This document shows positions 7,302-12,846 of a DNA stretch of 12,846 bases, in pieces. Within the stretch, counting starts at the first letter, position 1; each line of letters opens with the position of its first letter. The notes under the pieces were generated by a model that did not search any database, was not told the DNA's origin, and worked only from the letters and a program-made list of their open reading frames with translations. This DNA comes from an archaeon. Lineage in GTDB: Archaea; Iainarchaeota; Iainarchaeia; Iainarchaeales; CSSED10-239. Location: contig JBAWVI010000018.1 in NCBI GenBank assembly GCA_037147375.1, positions 1-12,846 on the forward strand, given 5' to 3'. Made by a program: the position numbers and the translations under genes.

Positions 7302-7835
7302 TTATTCTATTTTAATATGCCGTGCATTTATTTTTAATGCGTCAATCAGACTCTTTTCAAATTCAGTATTAAATGTATCAATTAAATTCATAGTTTCATG
7401 AAATTTTTTTGTTTCAAATCCATTTTTTATAATTTTAATTAATTCAGAAGTATATGCAGCCTGTATTTTTTGAGTGTATTTTTGAGGGACGCTTCCTCTA
7501 TATCCAGTAAGGAAGTGTAAATTATTACTCTCCATATCATCAAAGTGAATATACATTTCCTTAATTTTGTCTGATATTGCATTTTTTCTATCATAATCGA
7601 TTTTTATCTTCTGCTCTTCCATCGCTCTAACCATCTCTCTAAAAAAATGGTCACGCCATTTTAATGCAATCTTTTTGTTATTGTACAGTTTATCTTCTAC
7701 TGTGTTCCCTTTATATTTTAGCTTTTCTTTAATAAATTCGCTAGCAACCTTTTCAGTTATATATCTTTTGGTAGTGTTTGCAGATTTTTTTTCTAATTTT
7801 AGTCTTTCAATAATTGGTAATTTTTTTGCAGGCAT
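7302..7835 (-). CDS. Hypothetical Lys/Glu-rich helical protein, paralog family member P3
   Basis: The N-terminus MPAKKLPIIERLKLEKK and the central motif YTQKIQAAYTSEL (7440-7478) match P1 and P2. GGAGAG lies 6 nt upstream of the ATG. A palindromic TTTATAAA at 7890-7897 is a possible TATA box of its own. The gene lies 67 nt downstream of the porB stop on the same strand. Confidence 0.7.
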   Translation of the reverse strand: MPAKKLPIIERLKLEKKSANTTKRYITEKVASEFIKEKLKYKGNTVEDKLYNNKKIALKWRDHFFREMVRAMEEQKIKIDYDRKNAISDKIKEMYIHFDDMESNNLHFLTGYRGSVPQKYTQKIQAAYTSELIKIIKNGFETKKFHETMNLIDTFNTEFEKSLIDALKINARHIKIE

Positions 7836-7902
7836 AGTTTTCTCTCCAGTTATTATCCAAATATAATAAATATATTGTCTGTAATTAACTTTATAAAGCT
7901 AA

Positions 7903-9948
7903 TTATTTAAGATTGCTAATTTTTTCTTTCAAGAGAAGTTCTTTCCATTCTTTATCAACATATTCTTGTATTTTCTTAATCTCTGCTTTATTTTTAAGAA
8001 CTGCATTAAACTTAGTTTGGGTTTTTAAAAAGTTTTCAACTGGTTCTCTTTTTTCTGGTTTATAATTAATCTTATATTTCCCATCTTCATATTCATATAA
8101 AGGATACGAATTTGTTTCAATTGCAAGCTTACTAATAGATATTGTTTGATCACTTGGTGCTTTCATGTTTGTTGGGCAAGCAGCAAATGCAATTAATACA
8201 CTTGGTCCTTTCTTTTCAAATGCTTTCTTAACTTTATCGTGCATATCTCCAAGATCAGCAGGATTAATTGTAGCAACATAAGGGATATTGTGAGCAATAG
8301 CAATCTTTGCTAAATCCTTTTGAAATTCTTTCTTACCATCTACAATTTTTCCAGATGGAGTTGTTGATGTTGATGCCCCCATTGGAGTTGCAGACGATCT
8401 TTGGTTACCAGTGTTATGAACAACTATACCATCAGCAATGAAGTTATGTTCTCCTTCAACTCTTAAATCAAGAGTTGGTTCTTTTCCAACGAACTTAATA
8501 CTTTTAATAATTTCAACATCAAAGTTCTTATTTCCAATTAATAATTTTTGATATTTATATTGAGATGGATATTTATCTATATTCCAAGAATCTTTCTCAC
8601 TAAAGCAAATACTATAATATTCACTATCTCTTAATAATTCTCTATACACTACTTTAGTTCCTTTAAGCTTCTTTTGAGTTGTAATCTTTCCAACTCTATA
8701 ATCTAATGTTTGTAATAATAATCTTAATTTTATAATTAGATCTTTACTTGCAGATACATATCTACAACTATCCTTAATTTTTTTATAAATATATCCATCA
8801 GATAACATTAATCCTTTAATGAATGCTTTCTTTTCTTTATCTGGAATTGTAAATATCCATGAAGGCAATGTTTTTGTTTTTGCACCTTTATTGAATCCAA
8901 GAGAATTAATGAAATTTGCAAGATTGATTGAATTTGAATAAACATAAACTTTATCTGTTCTTATAGCTTTATGTTTAAATGTGTTTTGTAATATTCTAAT
9001 TAATTCTTTTCTACCTTCTGTTTTTTCAGGAAGAGCAAACCCAACCTCTCCTTTTTGTTCTCTAATCCAACCATCTCCAACCCAAAGACCTAAAAATAAC
9101 ATTAAATCATCATTTGATTTGCTTGGTATTGAGATTTCATTTAGATTATTTGCTTTGTTTTTCCCTTTTTGTGCTAATTTTATTTTGTTAAATGAATATG
9201 ATTTATCTCCTTCTAATTTTTTAAGGGTTATAACTTGATCTCCTTTCTTCAAATCTTCGAGTGTTTTCCAGATTAATTCATTTTCTTTTCCTCTTCCATT
9301 TCTGTTTACAATTAAGAAAGGATGGTTTGTTGTTGCTTTGATATTGTGATGGAATGTTTCAATTTCATAAACTGGTTTTGTTCCATTATCAAATACTCCG
9401 CTACATTTCTTTAATACAAGTTTATGTGTCTTTTGATCAAATGCATAAACTATTTCTCCAGTTTTAACTTCTGTTATTTTCTTTAATCCATCTTTAGTAA
9501 ATATAAGCGAATCTTTACTTAAGCAATTCATATATCCTTCATTATCATAACAAATATAAACGAAATTATGTCCCCTTTCAAGAGCTCCAGATAATGATTG
9601 AAGTCCAATATCAAACGTTCCTCCATCTCCACCAAAAGCCATAAACTTAATATTTTCTTTAATTTTTCCTTTCTTCTTTTGTGCAAGGTATGCAGTTTCT
9701 ACTCCTGAAATAGTTGCAGCAGCATTAGCAAATAATGAATGTATCCAAGGTACGTTCCAAGAAGTATATGGATAAATTGTTGTTGTAACTTCAGCGCAAG
9801 AGGTTGCACTTGCAACTAAAACATGGTCATCAGTTGCTGCAAGAGCTGTTCTTAAGATCACAGTTATTGGACATCCTGGACAAGTCCTATGACCAGAAAC
9901 AATTTTTTTCTTTTCATGTATTTTTAAAGCTAATTCTTTTGCATTCAT
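7903..9948 (-). CDS. porB: Pyruvate/2-oxoacid:ferredoxin oxidoreductase beta subunit (ThDP-binding), interrupted by an in-frame intein
   Basis: The N-extein is 141 aa. It contains GHRTCPGCP, ATSCAEV and the ThDP motif GDGGTFDIGLQSLSGALERGHNFVYICYDNEGYMN. The C-extein is 169 aa and contains TGNQRSSATPMGASTSTTPSG and AACPTN. Together the exteins total 310 aa, the normal size for PorB. The substrate (pyruvate or another 2-oxoacid) cannot be decided from sequence alone. Confidence 0.94.
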   Translation of the reverse strand: MNAKELALKIHEKKKIVSGHRTCPGCPITVILRTALAATDDHVLVASATSCAEVTTTIYPYTSWNVPWIHSLFANAAATISGVETAYLAQKKKGKIKENIKFMAFGGDGGTFDIGLQSLSGALERGHNFVYICYDNEGYMNCLSKDSLIFTKDGLKKITEVKTGEIVYAFDQKTHKLVLKKCSGVFDNGTKPVYEIETFHHNIKATTNHPFLIVNRNGRGKENELIWKTLEDLKKGDQVITLKKLEGDKSYSFNKIKLAQKGKNKANNLNEISIPSKSNDDLMLFLGLWVGDGWIREQKGEVGFALPEKTEGRKELIRILQNTFKHKAIRTDKVYVYSNSINLANFINSLGFNKGAKTKTLPSWIFTIPDKEKKAFIKGLMLSDGYIYKKIKDSCRYVSASKDLIIKLRLLLQTLDYRVGKITTQKKLKGTKVVYRELLRDSEYYSICFSEKDSWNIDKYPSQYKYQKLLIGNKNFDVEIIKSIKFVGKEPTLDLRVEGEHNFIADGIVVHNTGNQRSSATPMGASTSTTPSGKIVDGKKEFQKDLAKIAIAHNIPYVATINPADLGDMHDKVKKAFEKKGPSVLIAFAACPTNMKAPSDQTISISKLAIETNSYPLYEYEDGKYKINYKPEKREPVENFLKTQTKFNAVLKNKAEIKKIQEYVDKEWKELLLKEKISNLK
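8413..9525 (-). mobile_element. Intein (371 aa) with a LAGLIDADG homing-endonuclease domain inside porB
   Basis: The first residue is Cys (codon 9523-9525), within CLSKDSLIF (block A). Block B is TTNH. LAGLIDADG motif 1 is LFLGLWVGDGW (9067-9099) and motif 2 is FIKGLMLSDGY (8791-8823). Block F is LDLRVEGEHNFIA. The terminal sequence GIVVHN ends at 8413 and is followed by the Thr+1 codon at 8410-8412. I checked these coordinates codon by codon against the sequence. Confidence 0.9.
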
Positions 9949-9964
9949 AATTTTTCACAATAGT

Positions 9965-10786
9965 TTATTTTTTCATTTTTGAATATGATTTTTTCATTTC
10001 ATTTACAAAATGTAATACTAATTGATTGTAATGAGATCCAAGCATATTTGTTTCATCATCATGTGGTGCTGATTCCCATTCCCCTACCTTATCATCATAA
10101 CTAATTTTTCTTTTTTGTTCAACTGATGGGTTAAATAAGATTGCATTAAGTTTTTCAAGTTCTTTTTCATCTAATCTTGGTAAATAATCTTTTTTTTTAA
10201 ATGATTGAAACGAAGTATCATTACTCCAATTAAAACCAATTCTTTTAACATCTTCTCCATCTTTTTCTAGGATGCCCTTTATTGATTTTCTTTCAGGTAA
10301 ATGAGAATCATCTTTTGCATATCCTGTAAGGCTTGCAGGCATTCTTGGAGCCCTAGATGAGTCTACAAATACAAACAAAGGATTATCAAGTTTTTGTCTA
10401 TAATTTTGCATCATTTTTTTTAGTTTATTTTGCGCATCTAAAACTTCAAATATACTATTAGTAGATGGATATTCAATTAGTGTGCTTATTATTTTTTTAT
10501 TATTTTCAATCGAACTTGTGTATATTACTCCTGTCCTTTTAATTCCAACTACAATAATTGGTCTTTTTGTTTGTTTGTTAAGTCTAGATACAAATGATTC
10601 AGTAATGTATGCTTCTCTTGCTAAAAATTTTGCATTAATAACTTCATAAGGACTAAATTTAAATTTATATCCTGGCATTCTATAAAATAAATGTTTTTGT
10701 GGAACTTCTTTAATTATCTCTACATTCCTTTCTTTTTTAGGAACTTCCTTTTTAGAAAATAATTTTTTAATAATCTTTAGTGGCAT
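9965..10786 (-). CDS. Hypothetical 273-aa protein embedded in the por operon between porA and porB
   Basis: This is a long ORF with no competing frame. It starts 3 nt after the porA stop, with AGGA 6 nt upstream of its ATG, and it ends 16 nt before the porB ATG. It contains no cysteine. I recognise no family motif. Its N-terminus is Lys-rich (MPLKIIKKLFSKKEVPKKERN). Confidence 0.72.
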   Translation of the reverse strand: MPLKIIKKLFSKKEVPKKERNVEIIKEVPQKHLFYRMPGYKFKFSPYEVINAKFLAREAYITESFVSRLNKQTKRPIIVVGIKRTGVIYTSSIENNKKIISTLIEYPSTNSIFEVLDAQNKLKKMMQNYRQKLDNPLFVFVDSSRAPRMPASLTGYAKDDSHLPERKSIKGILEKDGEDVKRIGFNWSNDTSFQSFKKKDYLPRLDEKELEKLNAILFNPSVEQKRKISYDDKVGEWESAPHDDETNMLGSHYNQLVLHFVNEMKKSYSKMKK

Positions 10787-10789
10787 ATC

Positions 10790-11947
10790 TTATCCTTTAA
10801 GTCCAATATATCTATTCTTTGGTGCTTTTCCAGCTGAAACATCAATTATTAATTTTTCAATATCCTTTTCATAAATATCTCTTCCACCAAGTCCAAATAC
10901 ATAACTATAAACTTCTGCATTTATTTTATTTCTTGCAAGAGTAATCATTATGTCTTTGTATACTGGAGGATAAGATCCTGGTCCTTCACTTCTTTCAAGA
11001 ACAATAATCTTCTTTGCTTTCTTTAAAGCTTGCGCATAATCATCATATAAGAAAGGTCTATAAAGAATAGGTCTTAGTAATCCTACATTTCTTTTTTCTT
11101 TCCTAAGTTTATCAATAACATCTTTTGTGGCTTCAGCAGTTGATGATAAAACAATAATTACAATTTCGGAGTTATTTGCAAAATAATCTTCATAAATATT
11201 AATTTTTTTATTAAATAATTTATTAAATTCAATAGATATTTTTGAATAGTTTGATTTAACTTCAGCAAAAGCATTAAACATGTTTACTCTTATTTCAAAA
11301 TAAGTATCTGGAAGAACAAGAGAACCAATTGATATCGGTTTCTTTGTGTCTAAGAGATTATATTCTGGTTTGTATTCTTTAATAAATTCTTTTACTTTTT
11401 TATTATCAAAAACCTCAACTCCAGTTACGTTGTGGCTTGTAATAAATCCATCTTGGCAAACCATAATTGGTAAGTTTACTGATTCTGCAAGTCTTAAGGA
11501 GAAAAGAGTCATTTCATAAGCTTCTTGTGCATTCTCACAATAAACTTGCATCCATCCTTGATCAAGACAAGACATAGAATCAGAATGATCACAATGTATG
11601 TTAATTGGAGCAGAGATTGCTCTATTTACTATTGGCATCAAGATAGGTAATCTAAATCCAGATGCTACACTTAAAACTTCATACATGTAAAGCAAGCCCT
11701 GAGATGAAGTTGCAGTTACTGCTCTAACTCCACAAGCCTGTGCTCCAACAACAGCAGAGAGAGCAGAATGTTCAGATTCAACTCTAATTATTTCTGTGTC
11801 TACTTCTCCATTAGCTTCATATCTTGCAAATGCTTCAATAATTGGAGTTTGAGGTGTGATCGGGTACATTGCCATAACTTCAGGATTAATTTGTTTTAAA
11901 GCAAAGGCAACTGCCTCTCCACCAGATAATGCAATTTTTTTATTCAT
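10790..11947 (-). CDS. porA: Pyruvate/2-oxoacid:ferredoxin oxidoreductase alpha subunit
   Basis: The N-terminus LSGGEAVAFALKQINPEVMAMYPITPQTPIIE is typical of PorA. Also present are ESEHSALSAVVGAQACGVRAVTATSSQGL and VCQDGFITSH. GAGGA lies 7 nt upstream of the ATG and overlaps the end of porD. Confidence 0.95.
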   Translation of the reverse strand: MNKKIALSGGEAVAFALKQINPEVMAMYPITPQTPIIEAFARYEANGEVDTEIIRVESEHSALSAVVGAQACGVRAVTATSSQGLLYMYEVLSVASGFRLPILMPIVNRAISAPINIHCDHSDSMSCLDQGWMQVYCENAQEAYEMTLFSLRLAESVNLPIMVCQDGFITSHNVTGVEVFDNKKVKEFIKEYKPEYNLLDTKKPISIGSLVLPDTYFEIRVNMFNAFAEVKSNYSKISIEFNKLFNKKINIYEDYFANNSEIVIIVLSSTAEATKDVIDKLRKEKRNVGLLRPILYRPFLYDDYAQALKKAKKIIVLERSEGPGSYPPVYKDIMITLARNKINAEVYSYVFGLGGRDIYEKDIEKLIIDVSAGKAPKNRYIGLKG

Positions 11948-11950
11948 AAT

Positions 11951-12238
11951 TTATTCCTCAACCATCTTTATGCACTTAACAGGACACACCTCTGCACATA
12001 TCCCACAACCTTTACAATAATCTAAATCAGTTTTTGCTCTTTTTATTTGTCCCTTCTTAACTTCTGCTAAGATGCAGTTTTCTGGACAGGAATTATAGCA
12101 CATCATACACTGGATACATTTCTTTGAATCCCATTCAGGTTTCTTGTATCTCCAATTTCCTGTCTTGCTGTTTATGGATGTTCCTCCAGGAAGAACTCCA
12201 CCAAGCATGTGCTTATTTTTAATTTTATCTTGCTTCAT
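11951..12238 (-). CDS. porD: Pyruvate/2-oxoacid:ferredoxin oxidoreductase delta subunit (2x[4Fe-4S] ferredoxin)
   Basis: Two CxxCxxCxxxCP motifs are present: CIQCMMCYNSCP and CKGCGICAEVCP. The 95-aa size and the position between porG and porA fit the delta subunit. Confidence 0.94.
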   Translation of the reverse strand: MKQDKIKNKHMLGGVLPGGTSINSKTGNWRYKKPEWDSKKCIQCMMCYNSCPENCILAEVKKGQIKRAKTDLDYCKGCGICAEVCPVKCIKMVEE

Positions 12239-12245
12239 ATTAATC

Positions 12246-12797
12246 TCATTTTTTAAAGTAATTATATCCTGCCTTAAGGCATTCTATGTTTGGTTTTACA
12301 AGTTGTTCTTTTCCTTTCTTTTTAAACTCATCTTCAATTGTTTTATTTACAATATCAAGCTTAATATCAAAAAGCTTACAGAGAACACCAAGAAGAACCA
12401 TGTTTGGATTATTTTCTTTTGTTTTTTCAAGAGATATTTTAGTTCCAGAAATAAAATATGCTAGTTTATTCTTAATTTCTTTCTTTATCTCTTGTTTATC
12501 TGTGTTAACAATATAAATTGCATTATTATAATCTTTTGTTCCTGGAAGAGTTGTAAGAAGATTTGCATCAATAACTATAACACAATCAGGATTTATTATT
12601 GGTTCATGTATTCTTATCTTATGTTTTGAAATTCTAACAAATGCTTTAACTGGTGCTCCTCTTCTTTCAGGCCCATATTCAGGAAAAGCAAGAACATTAT
12701 ATCCTGCAAAAAGAAGAGATTCTCCTAAGATTTGAGCAAGCGTTTTAGCACCAAGTCCACCACGACCATAAATAATTACATTTAGATTATCTTTCAT
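12246..12797 (-). CDS. porG: Pyruvate/2-oxoacid:ferredoxin oxidoreductase gamma subunit
   Basis: IIYGRGGLGAKTLAQILGESLLFAGYNVLAFPEYGPERRGAPVKAFVRIS is typical of the gamma subunit. The ORF-track start at 12806 is the GTG of an SD-like GTGAT that sits 4 nt upstream of the ATG at 12797 (MKDNL...), so I prefer 12797. Confidence 0.93.
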   Translation of the reverse strand: MKDNLNVIIYGRGGLGAKTLAQILGESLLFAGYNVLAFPEYGPERRGAPVKAFVRISKHKIRIHEPIINPDCVIVIDANLLTTLPGTKDYNNAIYIVNTDKQEIKKEIKNKLAYFISGTKISLEKTKENNPNMVLLGVLCKLFDIKLDIVNKTIEDEFKKKGKEQLVKPNIECLKAGYNYFKK

Positions 12798-12846
12798 AAA
12801 TATCACTGTATATATAATATATAGGATTAGTAAATAGATGTTTTTT

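Noticed and set aside
7675-7866. A 63-aa ORF on the plus strand overlaps the 5' end of P3.
   Set aside because: It is antisense to P3, whose frame is supported by conservation of paralogous motifs and by a GGAGAG ribosome-binding site. Its Phe/Ser/Leu-rich sequence is a shadow of Lys/Glu codons.
8981-9238. An 85-aa plus-strand ORF lies inside the intein. I considered it as a possible free-standing endonuclease gene.
   Set aside because: The LAGLIDADG motifs and all Hint blocks are read on the minus strand, in frame with porB. The plus-strand ORF is antisense to them and has no motif of its own.
9965-10786. I considered orf273 as a PorE/PorF-like accessory subunit or as a free-standing homing endonuclease.
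   Set aside because: PorE and PorF are cysteine-rich Fe-S proteins, and this ORF has no cysteine at all. It contains no LAGLIDADG, GIY-YIG, HNH or PD-(D/E)xK-type motif that I can see. I left it as unknown rather than naming it.
12144-12516. Plus-strand ORFs at 12144-12464 and 12286-12516 lie across porD and porG.
   Set aside because: They are antisense to the ferredoxin-type porD (two CxxCxxCxxxCP motifs) and to porG. They are hydrophobic, low-complexity shadow ORFs.
1-12846. I searched the whole window for tRNA or rRNA genes, CRISPR repeats, transposases or IS ends, and known defence-system genes.
   Set aside because: There are no GC-rich structured islands, no regularly spaced direct repeats of 24-40 nt, no terminal inverted repeats and no recognisable nuclease, ATPase or methylase defence genes. 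The only mobile element supported by the sequence is the porB intein.

Overview
This is a strongly AT-rich archaeal chromosomal segment. Topoisomerase VI and a four-subunit 2-oxoacid:ferredoxin oxidoreductase are archaeal hallmarks. The lysine-rich small proteins and tight gene spacing resemble small-genome uncultivated archaea, but the lineage cannot be fixed from this window alone. Gene order is: a 5'-truncated SufS-type cysteine desulfurase (+), top6B and top6A (+), and two tandem uncharacterised helical proteins P1 and P2 (-). These are followed by three tandem MarC/UPF0056 membrane-protein paralogs (+) and a third paralog of the P1/P2 family, P3 (-). The window ends with a minus-strand operon, porG-porD-porA-orf273-porB. 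Four things look most worth a second look. (1) porB is split by a 371-aa intein with intact splicing blocks and a two-motif LAGLIDADG homing endonuclease, inserted right after the ThDP-binding motif. (2) A cysteine-free 273-aa ORF of unknown function is wedged between porA and porB. (3) A three-member family of about 175-aa Lys/Glu-rich proteins shares N-terminal and central motifs. (4) Members of that family lie on both sides of the triplicated MarC array. I saw no tRNA or rRNA, no CRISPR array, no transposase and no recognisable defence system. Several ORF-track starts are non-ATG codons that lie inside Shine-Dalgarno-like GTGAT or GGAGG elements, so I moved those starts to the downstream ATG.
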